In this document: piece after piece, positions 1 through 8,232 of the stretch
Numbering within the stretch: position 1 is the first letter of the stretch
Layout of the letters: the number at the start of each line of letters is the position of its first letter
Virus record (IMG/VR): IMGVR_UViG_3300025313_000008
Span: 1 to 24,377 of that record
Length of the DNA: 24,377 nt
Source: a virus
Direction: 5' to 3' (one strand)
Notes under the pieces: generated by a model
What the model saw: only the letters and a program-made list of their open reading frames with translations
Told to the model about the DNA's origin: nothing
The model's database searches: none
Program-made: the position numbers and the translations under genes

Positions 1-85
1 GTCCTTTCTTTATCTTAAGTGCCTGTATGATTTCTTCTTCTCTATGATAATGACCGCTAAACATGTAGATATCTTCTTTAACCAT
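1..85 (-). CDS. hypothetical protein, N-terminal part (runs off window)
   Basis: ATG at 85, open frame MVKEDIYMFSGHYHREEEIIQALKIKKG to window edge; 5 nt from the upstream stop. Confidence 0.5.
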   Translation of the reverse strand, partial: MVKEDIYMFSGHYHREEEIIQALKIKKG

Positions 86-90
86 TTTTT

Positions 91-264
91 TTATCCTCTA
101 AACTCCTTCTTTTCTTTTCTTTCCCATACTTTGATTTCTTTCGACATTAATTTGAGAGTTTGTTTTACATTACCGTTCATACTATGATTCATTATCATAT
201 ATTGACAAGCTCTACAATGAGATAGATGAGATTGTTGTGATGCTATTGCTACTTCGTCTTCCAT
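91..264 (-). CDS. 57-aa hypothetical protein (HCxxC)
   Basis: Manually translated MEDEVAIASQQSHLSHCRACQ...; TAATG overlap with upstream ORF. Confidence 0.6.
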   Translation of the reverse strand: MEDEVAIASQQSHLSHCRACQYMIMNHSMNGNVKQTLKLMSKEIKVWERKEKKEFRG

Positions 265-506
265 TATTTTTTCTTCCTCTTGCTATCTAATGCATATGTA
301 TTATAGGTAAATCTTATTGTTCTCTTTCCATTGTGGAATATTTCTTTTCTCCACGGTTCCATTAACACTTCTTCAATTCCATTTTCTAGAGAAAAATCAT
401 CTGGATATACTCTTTTCTTTAGCATTTTATTTATGATTGATTTTGTATAACGTAATGTGTGCCTCATTGATTTTTCGCTAGCTTCTAATTTACAAGTCAT
501 TCGCAA
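264..506 (-). CDS. hypothetical protein
   Basis: ORF track; coupled to downstream ORF. Confidence 0.55.
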   Translation of the reverse strand: MRMTCKLEASEKSMRHTLRYTKSIINKMLKKRVYPDDFSLENGIEEVLMEPWRKEIFHNGKRTIRFTYNTYALDSKRKKK

Positions 507-585
507 TACCCCATTTTTCTACAATACTCCCAATATTTTTTTATATATTGAAGATTTATTCCTATTTTGCCAATAGTGTAATATA

Positions 586-828
586 TCATTTTATAAACCT
601 CTTCCCAAATATCTTTTCTACTAACGTGGATTTTTGGTTCATTCTAAACTCCAAGTAATTTAAAAATGAATCAGTATGCATTGGTGGTTCATACATCCTT
701 CTTTGTGTTGGAGCATCTATTACATGTGCACCAAGTCTGTGTGTCCAAACTATGCCATTGCCGTCTTTTGTTGAATATGATTCTGCTATTGTGGGTCCTT
801 CTGCTAATTTCTTTTTCATTTTCCACAC
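586..828 (-). CDS. hypothetical protein
   Basis: ORF track; overlaps upstream ORF end in a co-oriented array. Confidence 0.6.
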   Translation of the reverse strand: MWKMKKKLAEGPTIAESYSTKDGNGIVWTHRLGAHVIDAPTQRRMYEPPMHTDSFLNYLEFRMNQKSTLVEKIFGKRFIK

Positions 829-1106
829 GTCTCAAAATGTATCCGTTCTTCTTCACTCATGAACTCTTTTGGTACAGTAACAATACGGGCTTCTGTTTCA
901 GTTAATACAACATAGATAAAAATCACATTTTCGTCAATATCATATTCAACTTCATCTACCTTCCAGTTGTCTGCTTGAATTGTTACCAAATCGCCTTTTC
1001 TTGGTATAAATTTTAATTTTGGTTGACCTAATATCCTACATTCCCAATGAGGAATATGCATTGAGTTGTCATCCCAATATCTAGAACGAATCTCTATTTT
1101 ACTCAA
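816..1106 (-). CDS. hypothetical protein (FIPRKGD motif, similar to 14010..14237)
   Basis: ORF track; motif IPRxGD/E...VxxVxY/H shared with ORF 14010..14237. Confidence 0.65.
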   Translation of the reverse strand: MSKIEIRSRYWDDNSMHIPHWECRILGQPKLKFIPRKGDLVTIQADNWKVDEVEYDIDENVIFIYVVLTETEARIVTVPKEFMSEEERIHFETCGK

Positions 1107-1240
1107 GTAAATCCTCTATTTATAAAATCAATTTTCTTTTGAATAAAATCTACTATTTCTTCTCTTGTCCATTTTTCACTAATTGATTGTTCAAATTCTT
1201 TTTTTAGTTCATCCAATACCATCTCAGATTCTGTTATCAT
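1103..1240 (-). CDS. 45-aa hypothetical protein
   Basis: Manual translation MITESEMVLDELKKEFEQ...; TTGA overlap with next ORF; TTTATAT box upstream. Confidence 0.55.
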   Translation of the reverse strand: MITESEMVLDELKKEFEQSISEKWTREEIVDFIQKKIDFINRGFT

Positions 1241-1272
1241 TATTATTCCTCTGTTAAATGGCTCATATAAAC

Positions 1273-1575
1273 CTAATCCACTTTATCCAATACTTCACGA
1301 ATTGTACTGGCATATTCTATATCTATTCTTTCCAAATTTGGCAATTCATCCTCAAATGTGCTTGCCCTACATATACATTGCTTATTATCGCATTGAATGG
1401 CATGATCTATTAGCCAATGAGTTATGTATCTATAACTTCTAAATAGTTCTATCTGATGTGGAGTGAGTTTTACATCGCGTACTATTTTGTTTCTTCTACT
1501 TTGTCTTTGGTTCATTTTAACACCTATGAACACGCATTGGACAACCGGCTTTATGTTCTTTACCAGTGCTACCAA
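1273..1575 (-). CDS. hypothetical protein (H/C cluster); start uncertain
   Basis: ORF track. Confidence 0.5.
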   Translation of the reverse strand: MVALVKNIKPVVQCVFIGVKMNQRQSRRNKIVRDVKLTPHQIELFRSYRYITHWLIDHAIQCDNKQCICRASTFEDELPNLERIDIEYASTIREVLDKVD

Positions 1576-1628
1576 AACAGTTACTATATTCTACCCCACA
1601 ATAATGACATATCATTGCTCTAACCATA

Positions 1629-1904
1629 TTACTTCACCATACTATCTAATACCCTACCTATAATCCTTTCGACATATTCGTTTAAATATATTTGACCATG
1701 ATAAATGTCGCCAGCAATATCGGCTTTAAACGTTACTATATCACCTTCAATCTCCTGCCTAATATTTCTAATCGCGAAGATTGTACCATTTGGAGTTTCA
1801 TGTATCTCTATATCTTTAGAATGATCTATTGTTGGTGTATAATAACCTTCTTCATTCATATAGCCATCCTCTACCATTACAGTGTCCACATACTTGTGAA
1901 TCAT
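1629..1904 (-). CDS. hypothetical acidic protein
   Basis: ORF track; start may be internal (ATG at 1859). Confidence 0.55.
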   Translation of the reverse strand: MIHKYVDTVMVEDGYMNEEGYYTPTIDHSKDIEIHETPNGTIFAIRNIRQEIEGDIVTFKADIAGDIYHGQIYLNEYVERIIGRVLDSMVK

Positions 1905-2037
1905 CTAATCTTTCTTCCCTTGTAAAATAGAATATTCCCTTACCTTTACATACTTCACACATTGGCAAAGTATACATATTGTCTAAGTAAATTTTTGGTT
2001 TTCCACCATGATACATCTCAACGTAATAATCATTCAT
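1852..2037 (-). CDS. small DnaJ-type zinc-finger protein
   Basis: Two CxxCxGxG motifs (CEVCKGKG, CGHCNGRG). Confidence 0.7.
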   Translation of the reverse strand: MNDYYVEMYHGGKPKIYLDNMYTLPMCEVCKGKGIFYFTREERLDDSQVCGHCNGRGWLYE

Positions 2038-2371
2038 ATTCCTTCATACACTCCCATTGTACATCATGCTGACATATCATTGGTTTTGGTGCTTCATCAC
2101 CCTTTACCATTAATATGAGACGCTCTGTATACATTATTTTATCACATTTCTTATCATGTTCTACTATTGCATAATAACCAGTTTTGGGTATTTTATCCCC
2201 GTTAAATACACGAATAATCTTTTCTGGAAAAAAGAATTTCCATTCCTTATAATGATTTCTTTTGAAGCATTTTTTATGATAATCATGCATTGTTATATCT
2301 TCTTCTAATCCAGCACTACATTGTTGTTGCCATGAAAATATCCTCTTTTTACAACCATTACATTTTTTCAT
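2030..2371 (-). CDS. Cys/His-rich hypothetical protein
   Basis: CNGC...HKKC and further C/H residues; ATGA overlap. Confidence 0.65.
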   Translation of the reverse strand: MKKCNGCKKRIFSWQQQCSAGLEEDITMHDYHKKCFKRNHYKEWKFFFPEKIIRVFNGDKIPKTGYYAIVEHDKKCDKIMYTERLILMVKGDEAPKPMICQHDVQWECMKEYE

Positions 2372-2481
2372 TCTTCCTCACAATATTTTTTATACTCTTT
2401 TGGATAATGTTCTATAGCCCATTGTCTTTCCTCGTCAGAACATATACATGTTATATTATCACAACCAAAACAGGGTTTCAT
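2368..2481 (-). CDS. 37-aa Cys micro-protein
   Basis: MKPCFGCDNITCIC...; ATGA coupling to 2030..2371. Confidence 0.55.
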   Translation of the reverse strand: MKPCFGCDNITCICSDEERQWAIEHYPKEYKKYCEEE

Positions 2482-2485
2482 TTTT

Positions 2486-2683
2486 TTACACCCATTTAAT
2501 TTCCCCAAGGGATGTTAACGCAATTAACCATATAAACGTAAGGAGAATACTACTAATAATGAGAAATCCTAAAAGCTCTTCTTTCTTTGCATTAAGATTT
2601 AGAATTAGGAAGATGATATGAACACCAATAAATCCTATCCAACCTAATATTGTGATAACTAAGGAAGATGTTATTTCAATCAT
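2486..2683 (-). CDS. small 2-TM membrane protein
   Basis: Two hydrophobic segments. Confidence 0.65.
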   Translation of the reverse strand: MIEITSSLVITILGWIGFIGVHIIFLILNLNAKKEELLGFLIISSILLTFIWLIALTSLGEIKWV

Positions 2684-2823
2684 TTCCCCTTACCATCCAA
2701 CCAGCAATCACAACATACCTCATGTCTATCAGGTATAGTCCATAATTTATTACAACTTGGACACTTTTTTATCATTACATTACAACCGCAATCACATACT
2801 TGTCCTTCTACCCAATCACTCAT
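2680..2823 (-). CDS. 47-aa zinc-finger micro-protein
   Basis: MSDWVEGQVCDCGC...CPSC...CCDC; ATGA overlaps at both ends. Confidence 0.6.
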   Translation of the reverse strand: MSDWVEGQVCDCGCNVMIKKCPSCNKLWTIPDRHEVCCDCWLDGKGK

Positions 2824-2972
2824 TTTCGCTCTTCCTCTATCTTCACTAATTGGTTATAAAAATCTTTAGGATCTATATTTGCCATATAACGCTTGTAATA
2901 GTCTTCTCGCCTCATTGGATTACTCATATTTACTGGAATTGGTTCATCTAGAAATTCTTCATATGTTTGCAT
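2820..2972 (-). CDS. 50-aa hypothetical protein
   Basis: Manual translation MQTYEEFLDEPIP...; fills the gap between coupled ORFs. Confidence 0.55.
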   Translation of the reverse strand: MQTYEEFLDEPIPVNMSNPMRREDYYKRYMANIDPKDFYNQLVKIEEERK

Positions 2973-2974
2973 AT

Positions 2975-3181
2975 TTACCACCCATACGGCAAAAGCTTCT
3001 TATCAAATGGCAATGGATCTGGATTTATTATATGACAAAATTCATTAAATGTTACATTCCTATCTCTTTTCATTCTACTTAATAGCGTTTCTTGTCTTTC
3101 TATTGCTTCCTCTAATTCTTTGTACTTTATCTGTAATTCTTTTACTCTTGCCTTTTCTTTCTTGGTAAATTTAGTTTTCAT
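2975..3181 (-). CDS. coiled-coil hypothetical protein
   Basis: ORF track; TAATG coupling. Confidence 0.65.
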   Translation of the reverse strand: MKTKFTKKEKARVKELQIKYKELEEAIERQETLLSRMKRDRNVTFNEFCHIINPDPLPFDKKLLPYGW

Positions 3182-3540
3182 TAATATCGCTCATTCCTTA
3201 AAACTTTTATTGCATATTCCCTGTTTAACAAATAAAGTGGTTTCTTAACTGTAGTAATGCTTCTATCCGTATGTACTTTTATCTTTGGTAATCTTTTCAT
3301 TTCTAAAACTCCCTTTCTTACTAATTGGGATATTGAAGCATGGATTGTTAGATAATTGGATGGAAATCTCATATTTACTAAATCATATATTTCTTTCTTC
3401 AAATATCTTTTATTTGGACTATCTATCAGCGTTGTGAGTATTTTTCTATGTGTATTGCTTGGAGCAAACATGTTATCAGCATATGATGTTCCTTCTCCAC
3501 TTACCCGCCTATAAGTAGATCCACATGTAGGACATCTCAT
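3181..3540 (-). CDS. CPxCG knuckle + winged-helix DNA-binding protein
   Basis: N-terminal CPTCGS; wHTH-like 'KEIYDLV...TIHASISQLVRKGVLE'. Confidence 0.6.
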   Translation of the reverse strand: MRCPTCGSTYRRVSGEGTSYADNMFAPSNTHRKILTTLIDSPNKRYLKKEIYDLVNMRFPSNYLTIHASISQLVRKGVLEMKRLPKIKVHTDRSITTVKKPLYLLNREYAIKVLRNERY

Positions 3541-3755
3541 TTCTTTTCCTCTTTCTTAATGAAATAGCTCACTTCGGGTAAATTATCTGTTTCTAATATT
3601 CCTTCAAATTTCAAGTCTCCACCTTCAAAATACATTTTTGTTATTTCACCTATTTTCTTGTCATTCTTCATTATTGGTTTTCCTTCGATATTTTCTCCTA
3701 ATTCAAATGATTCATTGCCAATTTTAATAAACCCTTTCACGTTAACCTTTTTCAT
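3537..3755 (-). CDS. hypothetical protein
   Basis: ORF track; coupled overlaps. Confidence 0.6.
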   Translation of the reverse strand: MKKVNVKGFIKIGNESFELGENIEGKPIMKNDKKIGEITKMYFEGGDLKFEGILETDNLPEVSYFIKKEEKK

Positions 3756-4141
3756 TAATGATCACTTTCCATTGTAAGTATTTGATAAACTCCCACTTTC
3801 TTCATCCACCAACTTACTGCCTGCATGAACTCAGTTTCGGATATCTCTTTATCACTATCACTTGAACGATCATTATACCATGTTTCCAGATTAACGCCAT
3901 AATATTTATCATGATAATACTTCCAATTTTCTACTAATACTTGTGAATCTCTCCAATCATCTTTCAATACACGATAAAAAGATTTCTTCTCATCATTAAA
4001 GTCATATGTTTTAAAGTATTTGCCTACCTTTCCCTGTAATGTTTTTACAACATTTTGTTCTTCCTTATCATGTTTTTCTTTCTCTCGTCTATATGTAATC
4101 TCATTAGCTTTCACTATGATTTCATCTTCTTCTGTTGTCAT
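3755..4141 (-). CDS. hypothetical protein
   Basis: ORF track; coupled overlaps. Confidence 0.7.
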   Translation of the reverse strand: MTTEEDEIIVKANEITYRREKEKHDKEEQNVVKTLQGKVGKYFKTYDFNDEKKSFYRVLKDDWRDSQVLVENWKYYHDKYYGVNLETWYNDRSSDSDKEISETEFMQAVSWWMKKVGVYQILTMESDH

Positions 4142-4350
4142 GATTTAAACCTCACATGATCTCCAGCGAAAAAACAAAGTATTGTTGCTAATATTCCAAA
4201 TACACTAATACAAGCACCTATAGCAAAAATAAAAGCATGAACTATACTAGCGGTTATACTATTGGTAGATACTATTGATACCCACATCAATGTTCCTATT
4301 ATTGTAATTATCCCCGTAAATTGATAATCCTTAATTGGTACTTCTATCAT
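4138..4350 (-). CDS. small 2-TM membrane protein
   Basis: Two hydrophobic helices; ATGA overlaps. Confidence 0.65.
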   Translation of the reverse strand: MIEVPIKDYQFTGIITIIGTLMWVSIVSTNSITASIVHAFIFAIGACISVFGILATILCFFAGDHVRFKS

Positions 4351-4670
4351 TTTTCATTATCGCCCAAATATTCTTTAAGTATTTCAAACAATTTTAATGC
4401 TTCTTCTATCTCATAAAGAGATAATCGATATAAATCCTGATGTACATATCTTTTTGCTCTCTTTAAACGTTTTTGCATATCACCTATTGGATCTTTAAAT
4501 TCATCCAACCATAATTGAGTTAATGATTTTCCTTGTACATTATGATATTCTGCGTGATCTGTTGCAACATATATTATTGAACCTTTTTTTAACTTAATTT
4601 TTCCTATTTTGGGAATAGACAACAATGAATTTCTTGATATTCTTGAATGTGATATTTTCTTCTTTACCAT
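4347..4670 (-). CDS. mini-protein containing a paralogous copy of the terminase ATPase Walker-B segment
   Basis: GKIKLKKGSIIYVATDHAEYHNVQGKSLTQLWLDE aligns ungapped with TerL GEISLKNGSVMYMVTDHNQYGHVEGKSLDHVMLDE (19/35 identical); own TATA (TATATATT, 4701-4694). Confidence 0.8.
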   Translation of the reverse strand: MVKKKISHSRISRNSLLSIPKIGKIKLKKGSIIYVATDHAEYHNVQGKSLTQLWLDEFKDPIGDMQKRLKRAKRYVHQDLYRLSLYEIEEALKLFEILKEYLGDNEK

Positions 4671-4708
4671 TTCATTTATTGAGTTGGATAGATAATATAT
4701 ACTAATGC

Positions 4709-4850
4709 TTTAGTATCATAAGACCACCGATCTTTATATACTATTGTGGTAATTTGATACTAAAATGTTAATGGGGTATTTGTATTATGGCACCCCTACC
4801 ACAACGAGAATTCCGAAACAGCGTTTCTATTCTGCTATTTCTTCACCCAA
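4709..4850 (-). ncRNA. candidate pseudoknotted small RNA
   Basis: Stems GAAATAGC/GCTGTTTC, GGGGTG/TACCCC, GTTGTGGTA/TACCACAAT crossing TTTAGTATCA/TGATACTAAA; G-U wobbles only on the minus strand; TATA at 4878-4871; no ORF. Confidence 0.6.
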
Positions 4851-4878
4851 GGTTCTTTAGTAACATACGTAATATAAA

Positions 4879-5058
4879 CTATACTTCTATGTAATCTGCT
4901 ATTTTGTTTTGTGACATTCCACACTTTACGCATCTCTTATCAATGAAATAATGTGTTTTACTTCCATGTTTTCTCTTTTCACACGGCGCTAGTTCACCAC
5001 AATATTTACATGTAATACTTGGCGGATTATCTGAACAGAATAAATGTGTGTGATCCAA
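4879..5058 (-). CDS. 59-aa zinc-finger micro-protein (TTG start)
   Basis: H..C..CKYCG..C...H...H...CVKCG; TTAATAT box ~24 nt upstream. Confidence 0.6.
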   Translation of the reverse strand: MDHTHLFCSDNPPSITCKYCGELAPCEKRKHGSKTHYFIDKRCVKCGMSQNKIADYIEV

Positions 5059-5085
5059 TGTTATTATATTTACTTTTCCCTAATA

Positions 5086-6924
5086 TTAACCATTGTTCCC
5101 CACAGATACCCACGAATACGATTGGTGAATATCTAAACATTTTTTCGCCAAAATACAACTCACTAAACTGTCGGGAGGATGTGAAAATTTTTTCGACTTT
5201 TTTTGAGTGGCGTCTGCACTTACATCTTCGTCTGGCTTTTCAGGTAAATCAACTCTGACTAACTTAGTCCAGTCATTTAGAATAAAGTCTAATTTATCTC
5301 TACTATCCGGATGATTTGGTATCATAAATCTAGGTCTTGTATAGTCTTCTACAAGCGGATTATCTGGATGTGGCACATATTCTCCTAAAAAGTCTACAAA
5401 CTCCTGTATCATTGTGCTTTTATCTAGTGTTACTTTTGGTACTTCATCACCATGTTCGTCTATCTTTCTTGTGAACTCTAATAGTGGTTTTGTTTCATCG
5501 CCTATTGTTCTTGAACCATAGAATTTATTTTCTCCTACACCCGCATATAATTTACCAGTTAATCTATTGGCACTACCGCTTTGTATTGCCTTTATTTGGT
5601 TTGCTCCGTATCCAAGGTCTCCCATACCTATATCACATTTTGCTACTTTAAACATCCAATTAATATATTCGGCTTGATCCATTTGATTTTCTCCGGGTCT
5701 GGGCTCAAGGAGTGCTAATTGCACTCTATTGTAGTTTGTTTGTACTTTATCACCTTCTTTTATTCTCCATACTATAAAGATAGCGATAACAGTTTGTGAT
5801 GGGCTTCCAGAACCAAAATCAACTCCCATACAAATAGCTACTTGTTTTCCATATGTATCCTTGATATCTCCTATTTGCTCCGGCGTTAATAACTGCAGAT
5901 AAGGATATGGGTTCATACAAATTTCTATCATTTCTCGTGTAATTGGTCTTCTTTCTGCTTTGTAAAAACCACCCATTACATGTGATGTATAAAGTGAACG
6001 ACTCATGTGTTTTCTACGCCATTCTATCGAATATTGTGGATCTACATCATAGTCATTAATTGCTGATTCTATTGTAAGTGGAATAGTTGGAAATATTGTT
6101 TGTGGTAAATAATAGCCATGCCAGTGTACTGCCCTTGGGTTTGTTACTTCCCAATGTCCGCGCAATACTTCTTTCAAGTATTCGCCTATAATGAGTCCAT
6201 GCTTTTCTCTCTTTAGGTGGTCTTTGACTAATCCAAATTGTAGTTTTTCTCTCCAATTAAGGTCATCATATATCCACTTTCGTTGATCTGTTCTACGCCA
6301 TAATTCCTCATATGGTGATCCACTTTCTCCACCAATTCCTAATACAGTTACCTTACCCATTGTTTGTGACATTGTTAATGTTACCCTATCAAAGTTTTGT
6401 ATATCTTGGTATTGGGCTTCATCTAACATTACATGATCCAATGATTTACCTTCTACATGTCCATATTGGTTGTGGTCTGTTACCATATACATTACTGATC
6501 CGTTCTTTAGTGATATTTCCCCGACGTTACCAAGCTTATGTCTTGGAAATAGCTTTAAAATTGGATTTGGTTCAAACGTACCATATTGTAATTTCTGCCT
6601 TGAATAACCCGATCTAGATACATCGTCATATGTTACATAACATGATTGAAATCCTGCAAATGCAGTCGTTTCAAATGCTAGAATATCAGTAGTGTAAGTA
6701 GATTTGAATATCTGTCTTCCTCCAATAATCATCTTATTTGGGTTATTATCCCTATAAATGTCCTCCCAGAAAGGAGCAACTAAAAATGACCGAGGTCTGC
6801 CTTCTACAAGTGGTCTTGCTTCTTCTATCCACCTTAGCGGTTCTGTAGGTAAAACGGGTAAATCACTTATTTGTTTGATCTTTTCCGCTAGGATCTTCTC
6901 TATATCATCCATATCATAAGGCAT
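5086..6924 (-). CDS. terL: terminase large subunit
   Basis: 612 aa; Walker A-like GGRQIFKST, Walker B VMLDEAQ, RNase H-fold nuclease MGVDFGSG...GDLGYG...HPPD. Confidence 0.9.
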   Translation of the reverse strand: MPYDMDDIEKILAEKIKQISDLPVLPTEPLRWIEEARPLVEGRPRSFLVAPFWEDIYRDNNPNKMIIGGRQIFKSTYTTDILAFETTAFAGFQSCYVTYDDVSRSGYSRQKLQYGTFEPNPILKLFPRHKLGNVGEISLKNGSVMYMVTDHNQYGHVEGKSLDHVMLDEAQYQDIQNFDRVTLTMSQTMGKVTVLGIGGESGSPYEELWRRTDQRKWIYDDLNWREKLQFGLVKDHLKREKHGLIIGEYLKEVLRGHWEVTNPRAVHWHGYYLPQTIFPTIPLTIESAINDYDVDPQYSIEWRRKHMSRSLYTSHVMGGFYKAERRPITREMIEICMNPYPYLQLLTPEQIGDIKDTYGKQVAICMGVDFGSGSPSQTVIAIFIVWRIKEGDKVQTNYNRVQLALLEPRPGENQMDQAEYINWMFKVAKCDIGMGDLGYGANQIKAIQSGSANRLTGKLYAGVGENKFYGSRTIGDETKPLLEFTRKIDEHGDEVPKVTLDKSTMIQEFVDFLGEYVPHPDNPLVEDYTRPRFMIPNHPDSRDKLDFILNDWTKLVRVDLPEKPDEDVSADATQKKSKKFSHPPDSLVSCILAKKCLDIHQSYSWVSVGNNG

Positions 6925-7562
6925 TATTCTTCACCTTTTTCCTCTTCTTCTTTTTCTTGTAGTTTGTTGATAATGTTCTGCAGTTCGGGTTTATCATAGG
7001 TTTTAGTAGTGTTTTCTTTAATAAATTGTTTTAGTGACCATACCGTTTCTGTCTTATTGGCTAATTGTGTGTATTCCTTGGTTGCTTGCATTAAAATTCG
7101 TTCATTATTCTGTTTAACTGAATGATAAATTGATTCATTTTGTAGCCTTAATCTCATTACATCGGCTTCGGTTGGATCATTTTCTCCTTCTGTTGATATT
7201 GCATTAATTTCTACATTTCTAGCATTATAATTAGATTCGGCTATTGCAATCTCTTCACTACATCTTGTTCCAATTTTTTTAAATTCTTGTAATGCTTCAT
7301 GATGATCTACTATAAATTCGCCTGTTAATACCCTATTTTCAATGAAATCTCTACCCTCTTCGCGTATTCGCTGTATATCCCTTCCTATTGTTGCTTCAGA
7401 TATATTTAGATATTCATAGTTGTTATCCTTTAACCACTTTGATATAGATACCGCTTTCTTATATCCAGCATCTTGTAATTGCTTTACTAATGAAATACGC
7501 CTATTGATTTTTTCTTCATCTGTGAGGTTATTTCCATCATTGCCCGTGCCTGTTTCCATCAT
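6924..7562 (-). CDS. putative terminase small subunit (N-terminal HTH + coiled coil)
   Basis: HTH-like 'ISEATIGRDIQRIR'; TAATG-coupled directly upstream of terL. Confidence 0.65.
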   Translation of the reverse strand: MMETGTGNDGNNLTDEEKINRRISLVKQLQDAGYKKAVSISKWLKDNNYEYLNISEATIGRDIQRIREEGRDFIENRVLTGEFIVDHHEALQEFKKIGTRCSEEIAIAESNYNARNVEINAISTEGENDPTEADVMRLRLQNESIYHSVKQNNERILMQATKEYTQLANKTETVWSLKQFIKENTTKTYDKPELQNIINKLQEKEEEEKGEE

Positions 7563-7838
7563 TAAACCATCACTATGTATTTACCATATAAGCATATATT
7601 ACCTTTTAGGCGTCACATGGGGTATTTTTTTGTGAATTATCTATTCATTAGCTTAGCCTAATTGTTATTAAGTAATTGCCGGTTTCTTAATAAAAAGTGT
7701 ATCGGAAGCAATCATGAATACCTGATTCTTTGCCAAAAACCTGATTGTTTAACAATAAAGTTATAGCCTATAGAGTTATTGCTTTAGTCTAGACTTTTAT
7801 GGACTTGTCGGCTTTGTCTTAGACAGATATCCAAAAAA

Positions 7839-7864
7839 CGTTGATCTACTGAACAAGATCAACG
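7839..7864 (-). terminator. hairpin + T6 terminator after the Zn-ribbon ORF
   Basis: CGTTGATCT-8nt-AGATCAACG followed by TTTTTT on the minus strand. Confidence 0.55.
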
Positions 7865-8017
7865 AGCACTGAATCTGTAGTATTTACACCTTCTACATTG
7901 TCTTAGTTCTCTTTCAATGAATTCCTTCTTACTACCTTTGAAGCTCTTTCTTATGTATAATTGCTCTAGTGTTATTTCCACTATTCCCCCGCAAATTGGG
8001 CATACTCTCGTAATCAT
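7859..8017 (-). CDS. 52-aa zinc-ribbon protein
   Basis: MITRVCPICGG...CRRCKY; TTTATATA box at ~8073-8066. Confidence 0.7.
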   Translation of the reverse strand: MITRVCPICGGIVEITLEQLYIRKSFKGSKKEFIERELRQCRRCKYYRFSAR

Positions 8018-8078
8018 GTGTTACACTATAAGAGTATTTGGATAATGTAGTTATGTTATACTAGTATATAAAGGATGT

Positions 8079-8183
8079 ATAGTGAATCCATTCCTCTCAT
8101 TGGGATAAATCCTTTGCCAACTCTTTCGAAGTAGTGTCTTTCGATTCACAGTTGAAGTAAGAGTCTATGGAATTACTCACTAT
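8079..8183 (-). ncRNA. candidate ~105-nt three-way-junction small RNA with a K-turn-like motif
   Basis: ATAGTGAG/TTCACTAT, TCCAT/ATGGA, CTCTTA/TGAGAG, CAAC/GTTG, TCGAA/TTCGA, GGAT/ATCC; TATA TTTATAAT at 8215-8208. Confidence 0.6.
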
Positions 8184-8232
8184 CGTTTATTATTATGCAT
8201 GTTCTCTATTATAAACTTTGTTATGATGTTAT

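Noticed and set aside
4709-4850. HDV-like ribozyme assignment
   Set aside because: Similar P1/P2/P4 order but no P3/L3 or P1.1 elements visible
6056-6256. Nested minus-strand ORF within terL (also 15687..15923 within the ROT/TerD gene)
   Set aside because: Alternate-frame ORFs inside well-supported genes, with no independent signal
4500-6522. Terminase segment duplication as a DGR template/variable repeat pair
   Set aside because: Differences are not adenine-specific, nucleotide identity is low, and there is no reverse transcriptase in the window
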